From the NCBI RefSeq assembly GCF_018350175.1, contig NC_058368.1, positions 10,726,001 to 10,790,000 on the forward strand: DNA of 64,000 nt. Direction: 5' to 3'. Shown here piece after piece: positions 25,575 through 37,867 of the stretch (the first letter of the stretch is position 1; every line of letters starts with the position of its first letter). The notes beneath the pieces were generated by a model. The model had not been told where the DNA came from and made no database searches. It saw only the letters and a program-made list of their open reading frames with translations. Position numbers and translations under genes: made by a program. The DNA comes from Felis catus. Its lineage: Eukaryota.

Positions 25575-25695
25575 GGATTGGAGTTTATGGCCTAGATTTG
25601 GATTTGACCTTCACCTCTTACTAGTTCTGTGATCTTGAGCAAATCTCTGAAGTCCTCATAGCCTCAATTCCTGTCTAAAATGAAGACAGTCTGGA
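25575..25695 (+). mobile_element. MIR relic
   Basis: cttactagttctgtgatcttgagcaaat...gcctcaattcc. Confidence 0.7.
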
Positions 25696-26068
25696 TTTCT
25701 TAAGAGAGAATTATGGCAAACCTTGCTTTTGTCTGCCATCTTCCTCCCTATAAAAATTGTATGTATCAGGCTCTTTCTTCCTGACCAACTGTAATGTTTT
25801 CTGTAAGAAGGCTAAGCTCCAATGCATAATATATTTAGATAGTAACAGGATTAATGAGCAGTTGCAACTTGGGATCACACGTGAATTTTTTTTTCCCAGC
25901 GATCTTTACCAACTGTGCTCTGTTGAAAATCCTCTCCCACTGATACACTGCCTCAAGGGCATCTCTTCCAGATTTGATGACTTTTCAGCATTACTTCTTT
26001 GTTCAAACAGTCTCATTCTGGGTTCCATTGTGAGTTAGCTCTTTTCAAATTTTATTCTCACATGCTCT

Positions 26069-26211
26069 CAGGGTCAGCTTCACAGGCATGTGACCCCTGC
26101 ACTCATACAGGGCCCTTCTCCTGTCGCTATCTTGAAATTCCTCATACTTTTGAACAAGGGGCCCAGTATTTTCATTTTGCATTGGGCCCAGAAATTATAT
26201 CACTGGTCCTG
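26069..26211. mobile_element. MER91A-like hAT-Tip100 MITE
   Basis: Ends cagggtc / ggtcctg; internal tttgaacaaggggcccagtattttcattttgc; 8-bp TSD catg(c/t)tct. Confidence 0.85.
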
Positions 26212-26215
26212 CATG

Positions 26216-26305
26216 TTCTATTCAAGCTCTATTCAAGCTATTCGAGTTCTATTCAAGTTCTATTCAAGCTCTTCTCTATTGAAGTTCTATTCAAGCTCTT
26301 CTCTT
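26216..26305. repeat. 11-bp-unit tandem repeat (ttctattcaag), about 7 degenerate copies
   Basis: Directly visible. Confidence 0.9.
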
Positions 26306-27047
26306 CCCCCTAGTGCTGGGTAGACTTGGGCCTCTGGGGGTCTTAAGATGGGGGACTCTGTGTGTCCTCTCTCACCATTCTCTCTCTCCCTTCTCTGCCC
26401 TTACTCCTCTGGTGTTGAACCACGGAGGAGAGTGAGGAGCACAACAATCTCCTCATATGATTGTCTGTATCAAGGTTATGGTCCCCTCTCTTGTGAGAAT
26501 CAACTTGAACTGCCCCTGTCTTCTTGATGTGGCTGGGGGGGGGTAGAGGTGGCCCCTCTGGACAGTGTTGAGGAGACTGGCTCAGTCCCATCTGTTCCTG
26601 AGGCCCACTGCTCTTCTGGCTCCCTTGGCCCTTGCCTGGCTCTCCTATGCAGCACTCTGATGCTCACACTTTGGGTGACGTGTGCAGTCTAATTCCTAGT
26701 ATCTAGCTCCTCTGAATTGTACCCTATAGGGTTCAATGCCTTCCTTCCTAGTGCATCAGGATCTCAGCTAAAATTCTTGCACTAGCTCATAGCTTACTGC
26801 CAAACAAGTGACCACTGGGCTAGCAGAGACCACAGACCAAGTCGCTAAGTGTTCACGTGCTTTCTTTTCCTGCTCTCTGCTCCCCGCTGCCTGATGTCAG
26901 GCTTGATGGATGAGCAGACCCAGATCCCCTCTGAGGCAGCAGGGGCAGCCAGCCCAGCCTCGCTCACTGGCCTTAACTCCACACTCAGGGCTAAATTGTG
27001 CTGTGGGTCCAAATGAGTTTAATTGCCTGATAACCTTGGTAGATTTA

Positions 27048-27250
27048 GGTTTTATTGATTTTTGAAAGACAAAGAGAGGCAGAAATGGGGGGGGGGCAGC
27101 AGAGAGAGAGAGGGAGACACAGAATCTGAAGCAGGCTCCAGGCTCTGAGCTGTCAGCATGGAGCCCAATGCGGGGCTCGAACTCACGAGCCCAGAGATCA
27201 TGACCTGAGCCAAAGTCGATGCCCAACAGACTAAGCCACCCAGGTGCCCC
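27048..27250 (-). mobile_element. Can-SINE (felid type)
   Basis: TSD taaccttggtag(a/c)ttta at 27031-27047 and 27251-27267. Confidence 0.96.
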
Positions 27251-27919
27251 TAACCTTGGTAGCTTTAAATAAAAGTGAAAGCAACCCAGAATTCAAACCA
27301 TCTTAGAGCACTCTGACCCTTGTACTGACATTACTTAGACAAAGTAAACTTGAGTCTGTGAAACCATTATGTACATTAGGTTATAGGTATTTATACCAAG
27401 TATTTATCAGGTATTTCGTACCAAGCCCCTCTGTTTAAATTGCTGGGGAAACATTACAGCAAGAGTAACTGTAAGAAAAGCCTTGTTCTGGTCCAGAAGT
27501 TTGGTTTAAACTCCTCTGCTGCTTGGTTTCCCAGCCCTACTGACATTCCTGGTGCAACCTGCTCTTTCTGTCCTCTGGAGGCTGAGGCTTATACTGAGAT
27601 CCTCACCATTATCTGAAGAAAGGCTCATGCCTTTTCTAAGCACTTAAGCCAAAACTCACTGAAAGCACTGAGTCTGTCTCTCTCTCTCTCTCTCTCTTTC
27701 TTTTAAATATATGCAATTTTCTATTCATGCTTGCATGAAATAGACTTTCAAGGATACTATATGTTCTCATGTAAGGAGCCAGTTTCTAGCCTCAAATAAA
27801 ATGTGGCACTTGGTCATTAGTACAGTAAGGGAACAGGGCTGGTTCCGCATCCATTCTTTCTCATGAGCCCTTCTCCAGAGAACCAAGCACCACGGTAAAT
27901 TTGGTGCACATTCTTCTAG

Positions 27920-30065
27920 TACATGTGTGTGTTCAAGTATGGTATTGCTTTGTGTCCTTTCAAAACATGTATCAATATTATAAGACTTTACATATGAGTC
28001 TATCATTTCCTGTTTTCATTTATCATTTTGTTTTCCAGGTTTACCTGTGTTGACTCATATATTAAGTAAGGACTACATTATGATTTTGTGAACTCTATTT
28101 GCCATGATTTTGATTTGCCTCCCTTCATTCTGTCTTTTGTTAGAGTATTTCATCTTTATTCTCTTTTTATTCGTCACTGACTTGGAAATAATACATTTTA
28201 TTTCTACTATATTAGTGATTACCCTTTACATTTAACACACATATTTTGCAAACGTCTGACGATGATCAACACCTCAACCCACATCCTGAACTGTAGAATA
28301 TTTTAACTCCAATCCTCCCCTATCTTCCAGGTTTTGTTTTTCACATGTATCTGGTTTTAACCTTCAAAATCATAGTAATTATTAGTATTGGGGTGCCTGA
28401 GTGGCTCAGTCGGTTAAGCATCTGACTCTTGATTTCGGCTCAGGTCATGATATTGTGATTCGTGAGTTTGAGCCCCATGTCCGGCTCTTTGCTGTTAGCA
28501 CAGAGCCTGCTAGGGATTCTCTTTCCCTCTCTCTGCCCCTCCCTGGCTTGCTCTCTCTCTCTCAAAATAAACAAACAAAACTTTAAAAAGTTATTAGTAT
28601 TATTAGTCAAAATTTACTTTGAATTATCAATACATTTATCTTTTTTTGCAATACAGTTTTTCTTCATGTCCTTGCTAATTCAATATTCTTCTACATCTAG
28701 GTCAAGCATTTTTAGTAAGCATCTGTGAGTAGTAAACTCTCTTAATCTTTTTACCTTCCAAAATACCCCTGTCTTTATTGTTGAATGATATTTAGTTGCT
28801 TATAGAATTTTGGACAGTCATTTTTCACCAGCGTTGTGAAATATTATTTTACTTTTCTGATAACCATGTGCTACTTTTAACAAATTACTATTTGAAACAT
28901 CAATTGATGCTTCTTGAAGTTGTTTTTTCTCTTTATAATTGCATTGGTGATTCTGTCTTTGTCTTTCATGTTTTATAGTTATTGACCTGACCAATGTGCT
29001 TTTACAAAAGGCCTCTTTTTTTTTCAGCTCAGGAAAAATTTCGTCCATTATTCTTCAAATATAACTTTATCCCGTTCTCTGCATTCTCCCCTCCCAAAAA
29101 TCTTCCAAAATATATGCTAGGGCTTTTCATTTTTAGCGCCATGTGTTCTTAATTCACTTTCTTTTTATCCTCTATGCTGCCTTTTAGTTGCTATATTTAT
29201 GCTGCACAAATTTACTATTTTTCACTCTATACATCGATTTTTCTGTTCTTTGGGCTTTTGAGTTGCAACGGCTATATTAATTTCCAGATTATCTTTTTCG
29301 TTCTGCCAAAGGTTTGCTATTTTTTCACTGTCAATATCTTATATTTCATGCTTTCTTGAAACATTTCAGACATGCTTATTTTAAATTCTCTTTGGTATGG
29401 TTCTATCCTCTTCAGTTCTTGGGAAGGCACATCTCCCAGCAACGTCTACGCTCCCGATTCTTTGTTTTATCATGTAACTTTGAACATTTTTATTAGTATT
29501 ATTTCTTACCGTGAGCACTTTTCATTGGCTTGTTTTTCCTTGGAGCCTCCTGTTTCCTGGTTGCCGCCTCCTTACAGAGTGGTTGGTGTTCCCCCGTGCT
29601 GGGAGCCAAGGGGTTCCTCCTGTGCCGGGTCTCTTTCATGTTAAGTTCTTACTTGGTGTCTCTCCACCATGGAGGATCGTGAACTTAGACTTCACATGTA
29701 TGCATGGTGCAGGAGCAGGGTTCAGATTTCTTGCGAACAGCTCTTTCTCTCCCATCCACCAGAGGGGCAGGCCAACTTCCTTTGGCTTTCTCACTGGAGG
29801 TGCCTTTCATGGATCCCGTCTTCAGACACACACACTGGCAGCAAAACTAGGTTCCCACGTCTGGTCTCACACCCAGAACTAGTTCCTGGTAGCAATCTGG
29901 CCTCAGCTTTCCCTCACATTCCTGACCTGGACTTTTCTGCTCACTTCTTGGTTTTGAGCTGAAGTATATATTAAACACTCAGAAAAATTATATTCAGCAT
30001 TTCTACATGCCAGAGGTTAAAGAGGTTTTTCTCTCTTCTGCAGCTTAGTCCACTTTACTGACCTC
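27920..30065 (-). mobile_element. Ancient HAL1/L1M-like relic (ORF1-like region)
   Basis: Antisense of a PRILYPAKLSF-like motif near 28780-28815; T-rich decay; boundaries approximate. Confidence 0.6.
28390..28587 (+). mobile_element. Can-SINE
   Basis: TSD ttattagtatt at 28379-28389 and 28591-28601. Confidence 0.95.
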
Positions 30066-30409
30066 AAAGACAAGAAGTTCGTCATCAACATCATCCCTAA
30101 TGAGGTTTGCTTCATTTAATTAATATAAGGTGGAAAACTCCTGCCAGTGGCTATAAGTAAGCTACACATGATTTTTCCTTCCATTTGATTGTCTCTGCTG
30201 CTTTCTCGCTTTTGCATTCTGTCCACATCACCTCAACGGAGGGCCTTTTCTTTCGGTGGGGAGAATGATTTTCACTTTCAACGTGGGCTGGAAAGGATTC
30301 CCCACGGGGTCAAATACATTATCTTCCCTATTTAATATGCACATCTTTTCTGGGGGCAGCAGTGCAGAGTATTTAACCTTGAGTTCTTTCACATCTAGTA
30401 TTGGGTAGA

Positions 30410-30540
30410 TGACACTTTCACCTACATTATCTCATTTGACCCTCTTAAAATCCAGCATAGCTATTACTATCTTAATCGTGTATCTGGGAACACTGGGATT
30501 CAGGGAATAATTAACTTATCTAAGGTTAGTAACTAATGAA
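30410..30540 (-). mobile_element. MIR relic
   Basis: cattatctcatttgaccctc...ttaacttatctaaggt. Confidence 0.65.
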
Positions 30541-31715
30541 GCTTCCCTTCCTCCATCGTGAAGGAACCCTACCAGGAAACATGGGCCACTTGGAGGCCCT
30601 TTCCTCTCCTACTATGGTATCTTTAGGGCTGCTCTCCATCCAAGAACCTATACTTATAAACCCACTCAAAGAATCCCCTGTCTGATCTTTTCTTCGGTTT
30701 TGTGTTTCAGAAGCAACGCCAGAATTCTTTGGAGATAATTATGATAATGGATACAAAAATGATTCTGAGAAATGCATTCATTGCTCTCTGAAAAGATGTG
30801 TGCTGCAGTCCTAAGCTTCTTAAATTTATTATCTGAAATTTCGAATTTTGGCAGTCTGCTATAAAATTCTAGAAACTGGCTTCGTAGATTCAATATATTT
30901 ACATGAAGATGTATCAGTTTGATAATTATGTATCATGAAGTGTTACATATCTTAATCCCCAAACATTCAGTTGGTATACTGATGTAAAAGTCATAAAATT
31001 CTGAAACTTGCTTTGGCTCTAATCTTTATAATGAAAATTTAAAATAAAAAGCACTAATGTTCTGCACCTCAAGGCCCTCAGTTTACCCTGTCATCTTTGT
31101 TCCTCCTACCCCTGCAGTAAATGATCCCCTCAAATCACCCAATGATATGTGCTTTCTCCCTATCTTATTTACCTTGTGGAGTTCATGACAAAGGAGATTT
31201 GGGCAGTTTGGAGGGGTCAACTCTCCATTTCTTTTTGGTGCCTTCAAGGTGCCTGGTGAGACTACGCCTCTGTTTTCTCCTGCCTTACCTTCTACACAGA
31301 AAAGCACGTCACCCTCCCTGCATTTGTCCTGTGGCTTCAATATATGAAAACTGATCAAAAGTAGAAATCGCAGCTTTTCATAACATGTAGCAGCAGGGGT
31401 TTTATACTTAAAGGAGACAGAAGAAAAGAGAACAGAAACACACAAACTGACAGCTAAACCCACAGGGTCTAGAAAACTTCAAGGTTTCATCTCTAGAATC
31501 TTTTAAAAAGAGAAAGCCCACACCCTGAAGGTTTTCACCTCTGGGTATTAACGTACAAAGATTTTCCTGACACCAGACGGGTCTGATGTTTCACAGTTAT
31601 GGGCAGGTTTCCTCAAGTCGTGTTTTGCCTAATACTCTGTTCAATATCATCCTTTACATCGGTGATTTCAGCCAGTGCTGCACTTTAACATCTTCCAGAT
31701 CTTGAAATAACTCAT

Positions 31716-32067
31716 TGCTATAACTGAATGCTTGTGTCCAAATTCACTTACGAATTTATCCCATGTGATGGCATGTGGAGGTGGGGACCTTTGAGACATG
31801 ATTGCGGCATGATGCTGAAGATCTCATGGATGGGATTAGTGCCCTTAAAAAAAGAAGCCCCGTAGAACCCCCTTGCCCCTTCTGAGAAAACACGGCGTCC
31901 ATGAACCAGGAAGTAGGTTTTCACCAGCTCCTCAGTAGACACTGAAACTGCTGGCACCTTGATCAGGCCTTTCCCAGCCTCCAAAACTGGGAGAGAGAAA
32001 TTTCTATCATTTATAAGCCACCCGGTCTATGGTATTTTTGTTATGGCAACACGAATGGACTAAGACA
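31716..32067 (+). mobile_element. MLT1A-like ERVL-MaLR solo LTR
   Basis: TG...CA ends (tgctataactgaatg / gaatggactaagaca); perfect 5-bp TSD ctcat. Confidence 0.92.
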
Positions 32068-32284
32068 CTCATCCTGCTACTCTGGGGAATTCTAATCCTA
32101 CCGCAGCTAAAACTTCACCTCACCTAAAACCACTGACTAGGTGGAGAAAGGAAATAGATGATGATCCTTAATTATTGCCTTGATACAGATGCTCAGTAAC
32201 ATCTACCCACTCAGTGTCCTGTAAAATGTTTTTAGGGTGGAAGGATATTTGAGAGCTATGTTTATTCTGGTTCATAAGGGTAAG

Positions 32285-32289
32285 TGTGC

Positions 32290-32320
<31 letters not shown>
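32285..32320. repeat. (TG)n microsatellite
   Basis: Directly visible. Confidence 0.95.
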
Positions 32321-32324
<4 letters not shown>

Positions 32325-35278
32325 GCTGTACTTCCTAACACCTTCTGAAAACTTTCATTTTGTCAGTTTCAGAATCTCTGCTCTCAAGAAAGGAAACTTG
32401 AGACACCTGATTTTTGTTCTGCACATACTGTCTTACTGTTAATCTCTGGTGCCTCTTGCTCTAAGTACTTACTAAAAACATCATGTAACGTGTTCGGAAG
32501 AAGAATGTCAAAATCCGTACAGTATTGCTGAGAGAATAAAAAAAAAATTCTCCAGAGAAAACATCTGACATACACAAAAAATATCTCAAACCCCCATTCA
32601 CAACAAGAAAAATAATCCCTTGAAAGAAAGCTAGGAAACCACTGAAAAATAAACAGTATTTTGGACGCTGCCCAAGACAAAGTGAAGCATAGTGATTTAT
32701 TGTAAAGGCATTTTATAGTTCTACATTCAAATGGAAGAAAGGACCAGGTGGGGAGTGTTTCTGATTTTTACAAATTAGCCAGGACATTCAGGAAGCAGTG
32801 GCTTATTCTGATTTTCTAGTTGCCTTTTTAAGTGTTTTTTAATGGATTCTCAATACTTGGCATGACTTCTGGCACTCCCATCCAGAGAGGACACACAGCA
32901 TATAGGGAAGAATTCAAGCACCATATGGATAAATATCTGGCTTCAGGTCAGTGAGTCAGTGGCAGGGCCAGATCCTAAGTCTACAAACGTTAAATTATCA
33001 TGGTTTGATTGATTTCCAACCAGAGAGTTGAGCTTTGCGATTTCCAGAGACAGCCTATCGATGCGCTAACCAATACCTCAATAATTAATCATGAAATAGT
33101 TATTAAGGGAGCACTTTTATTTTGCACTGTTTGGGAGCAAGTGGGAGTAACCTTGATCTGTCTTTGTATAGCTAGTGCTAATCTGATTGGGAAGATGCAC
33201 TGTTTAGTATGTATTAGACACTAAGCAATAAGCAAGCTGTGAAAGTCAGTGTTATCAGCATAATTAATGTTTTACAGGTGTAACTTTCTTTCAGGTTCTC
33301 AGATGTGGAAGATCTGGGAAAGCAAACTAGTTAGGAAGGCTTCCAGCACAAATGAGATTAAATGAGCCAGCGGGAAGTGCAGATGCCTTATTGGCAAAGA
33401 ACAAGTAAGAGACGCTGTGGCAAGATTTATGGCATGTGGCAGAAAAACACAGGGAAGAAAGGCCTACTTAGGGGAAGCAAGACGGGTGGAGAAGTGTAGG
33501 GCTATCCTACACCTCCATCTTCACAGACTGCACAAATGTCCACACATCCTAAACTTCAGCCACTTTTGACCACATGCCATTAACTGTATCCATGTATTTA
33601 TTTATCTTTTCATTGAGTTGCCCAAGGAATGTTTATGGAATGCACACCTTATGCTAATATTGTACCAGTCACTTGAGGGTCCAAGGATGAGTAGGGGATC
33701 ATTATAACACGTTGGTTACAAACATGGTTTTGTAGTCAAATAGACTTGGTTAAGGTCTGGCTCTGCTAACGATAACCTGAACAACTTATTTACCCTCTCA
33801 AACAATTTGTTGTGTTGTCACCAAATAAGAATACCTCATGGGGTTGTTATAGTCAGTATGCTTCTGCCTAGCCTTCATTCTTTCTTGTCAATTTCCTTTA
33901 TAGACTGTGGACCAAGAAGTTGACATAGAAGCTCCTGAATTTCCCTCTTCCCCAAAATCTACTGAAATGTGCACCTAAGATGGAACAGTTCCCTCTGAGA
34001 GAAATCCAGAAAACAGTTGAGGGGTCCTTACACATCAGGCAAATGAAAAAATACCATATGAACCTGGTATGGCTGAGACACATCCTTGCCGTCAACTGCA
34101 TCCGTGGCACAGCGCTACACAGTCGGAAGAGAAGTCTAAACCTCAGCTTCTCTGAGGCACAAAGGGTTTGTACTGCACATCAATTGCCCCAACTTTTAAG
34201 GCTCTCATCCAAGAGATGGACCCCCTGGACACCTAGCTCCGAAAGCCAATGGGGCTTGTGTTTAGGAGTCCCACAGGACTATAGCAAACAAGGAAGCAGT
34301 TCTTAATGAGTGCATGAGCACTCACTGTAGCTATCCTCCCAGAGCTTAGTACAGAGGAAAGAGGCAGAAAAGCCCATCTCCCCAGTCTTTTCCTAGAGGA
34401 GTTTTCACCCATTACAAGATACCACCCAAGGATGATTTTCTAATTAGCACTCATGTGTCTGCTGGCTAACATCTTCCCTGGATCCCAACATTGCTGGTGG
34501 GTACTTCCCCCACCGTCTCCCTCTGGCTCATTCCAATAATATAACCAGATCACCAGCCACTCTCTAGAATGAGCTTGTCTACACATCTGATATGCCAGCT
34601 TTTGCAGATGCCACTGAGGGACAGGCCCCTGGAATGCCTAGTTCTCTGATAGCCAAATGGGGCATGCATTCATGAGTTTCCCTAGGACTAGAGCAAACAA
34701 AGAAACAGTTATTAATGAGTGCACATGCGAGCACTTGCCATAGCTATTTTCCCAGGACTCAGAGCAGAAAAAGTGGGCAAAAACACTTGCCTTCCTATTC
34801 CTTGCGGGAAGGAGTTTAATGGCATACCTTCCCAGCTGCTGCCTGAAGGTCTGGCTTCTAATCAGCCTGCATCTTGGTGCTGACTGTGATCCTCCATTTT
34901 GGGGTACTGGTGGGTCTTGGTACACCCTAGGAACTGGGAGCTGGTAAAACAGCAGCTTGGACAATCACAAAGACTTGAGAGGCAACAAAACTCAGGCTGG
35001 GCTGGTTGACAAGATTCATTTCCTACGCGAGACCTCTCTGTCAAGACTGAGAGGTGGCTGTTGTATTTAATGTATAAAAACCAATACAGAGATAAAGGAA
35101 AATAAAGAACGTTCCAAGCAAAAGAAAAAAGGAAGCCTCCAGAAATTGATCTTAACGAAAGGGAGGTAAGTGATTTACTTGATAGAGACTATTCAAGAGA
35201 ACAGTCATAAAGACGCTGATTGAGGTCAGAAGGACAACGCATGAACAAAGCAAGAATTTCAACAAAGAGATAAAAACA

Positions 35279-35481
35279 GGGGCGCCTGGGTGGCGCAGTC
35301 GGTTAAGCGTCCGACTTCAGCCAGGTCACGATCTCGCGGTCTGTGAGTTCGAGCCCCACGTCAGGCTTTGGGCTGATGGCTCAGAGCCTGGAGCCTGTTT
35401 CCGATTCTGTGTCTCCCTCTCTCTCTGCCCCTCCCTCGTTCATGCTCTGTCTCTCTCTGTCCCAAAAATAAATAAATGTTG
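35279..35481 (+). mobile_element. Young felid SINE nested in L1 ORF1
   Basis: Perfect 15-bp TSD aaagagataaaaaca at 35264-35278 and 35482-35496. Confidence 0.97.
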
Positions 35482-36373
35482 AAAGAGATAAAAACATAAA
35501 AAAGTACAAAATAGAAACCATAGAGCAGAAGAATATAATGACTGAACTGAAAAATCCACTCAAGTGGTTCAAACACTGACTATCAGATCAAATGAAAGAA
35601 AGAATGCATCCAATTAGAGAAAAAAAAAAAGAATGAAAACAGGAAGATAGCTTAAGGGACTTATGGGACCATCAGGGAGACCAAAATACATATTATAGGG
35701 GTCCCAGAAGTAGAAGAGAGAGATTATTATTCAAAATATTTTTTAAAAAAGTAAAGTGTGAAAAATTCTCTAACCTGATGGAAAAAAAAAAATCCAGACC
35801 CAGAAAGTATGAAACAAGAGGAACCAAAAACACATACAGACACACATTATAATTAAATTGTCAAAAGTTAAAGATTAAGAGATAATCTTAAAAGAAGCAA
35901 GAGAAAAGCAATATGGTATGTATAAAAGAACCTTATACTATCAGCAGATTTTTCAGAATAAACTTTTTAGGCTGGAAGGAGTATCATGATATATTCAAAG
36001 TACTAAAAGAAAAAACTGCCAACCAGGATCCTCTATCTGGAAAACGTGCCCTTCAGAATTGAAGGAGACATAGAATTTCTCAAACAAAAGCTCAAGGATT
36101 TCATCACCACCAGATTGGTCTTATAAGAAATGTGAAAGAGAGTTCTTCAAGCTAAAAGAAAAGATGCTAATTAGTAACATGAGAACATATGAAAGTATTT
36201 AACTCACTGGTAAAGATAAATATATAGCTAAAATCAAAATATTCTAACATTTTTATGGTGGTAGGAAAATCACTTATAACTCTAGTATAAAGGTTAAGAG
36301 ACAAAAGTATTATAAATAAGTATAACTACAATAATCTGCTAATAGATACACAATATAAAAATATGTAAATTGT

Positions 36374-36578
36374 GGGGCCCCTGGGTGGCTCAGTTGGTTA
36401 AGCATCTGACTCTTGATTTTGGCTCAGGTCATGATCTGGCAGTTTGTGAGATCAAGCCCCCATCAGGCTCTGCTCTAACAGTGCAGAGCGTGTTTGGGAT
36501 TCCTGCTTTTTCTCTCTCTTGACCCCTTCCCTGCTCACACACGCTCTCCCCCCACCATCTCTCTCAACATAAATTTTT
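36374..36578 (+). mobile_element. Can-SINE, older subfamily
   Basis: TSD aaaat(a/g)tgtaaa(t/c)tgt. Confidence 0.93.
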
Positions 36579-36990
36579 AAAATGTGTAAACTGTAACATC
36601 AAAAAACAAAACATACAATGTGGAAGGTAATGTAAACATGAAGAACTTTGTATGTATTCAGGGTTGTCATTAGCTTAAAATAGATGGTTATAACTAGAAG
36701 GTGTTTTATGTAAACCTACTAGGAATCAAAAGTAAAAACTTACCGTAGACACACAAGAGATAAAAAGAAAGGAATCTATGCATACCAATACAGAAAACCA
36801 CCAATGTCTGTATTGAGAAGAGAATGAGAGAGGAAGAAAGGGACAAATGAATTACATAACAGTCAAAAAACATTTAACAAAGTAGTAATAGTAACTCCGT
36901 ATCTATAAATAATTACTCTAAATGTAAATATATTAAATTCTCCAAAGATAGTCATCATATAATGAAAAAGTTCATATATGTATATGTATA

Positions 36991-37059
36991 TATTTACAAA
37001 TGTCATCTTCTCTTGATATATATATCTTGACATATATCTTGATATATATATATATCTTG

Positions 37060-37100
<41 letters not shown>

Positions 37101-37129
37101 TATATAAAAGAAGATGACATTTGTAAATA
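36991..37129. repeat. 21-bp perfect inverted repeat around a (TA)n-rich spacer
   Basis: tatttacaaatgtcatcttct (36991-37011) is the exact reverse complement of 37109-37129. Confidence 0.95.
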
Positions 37130-37819
37130 GTTACACATCCAAGAGTGAGGCACCTAAAAATATAAAACAAATACTGGCTGACCTGAAGGGAGAAATAGAC
37201 AGCAATACAATAAAATTAGGGAAATTTAATATCCCACTTTCATCACTGGATAGATCATCCAGATAGAAAGTCAGTAAGAAAACATTGGACTTAAACCACG
37301 TGTTAGACCATATGGACCTGACAGATATATATAGAAATATTCTACATGGGGGAAGCTTTAAAGCTTGCCTCCAGTGAGTCAACGGTTACTTAATGAGCAT
37401 CTACTATATTCCAGGTGTTGTACAATTAGATAGTGGCATATGTCATCCTCCTTCTCCGCCCCCTCACCTACCAACACTTAGTGAATAGATTCTATGCATG
37501 ACACACTTTTAAAATATTCCATTTTGGAGGATGATGGGACTGTTCTATATATTGATTGTGTTGACTGTTATGGTTGACCAGACTGGGGTGGATAGAGAGA
37601 GGCTAGCCATGTAAGGCCTGTGCTGACCAGTGCCTCCAGTTCCCCTTGAATAAATGGAGGCATCCAGGAGCACACTCCTGTCATTTGCATCCTGATCACT
37701 TGGCCTTTGGAGCTTCTCCAGTGACTTACTTGAGTTGTTTGGAAATCATAACAGTCTCCTCTCATCTTCATGAAGACTCAAATTTGGAAACAACAGATAA
37801 CTTAAAAATGTGTCCAAAA

Positions 37820-37867
37820 GAAGAAGAAGAAGAAGAAGAAGAAGAAGAAGAAGAAGATGATGATGAT
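37820..37867. repeat. (GAA)12(GAT)4 compound microsatellite
   Basis: Directly visible. Confidence 0.95.
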
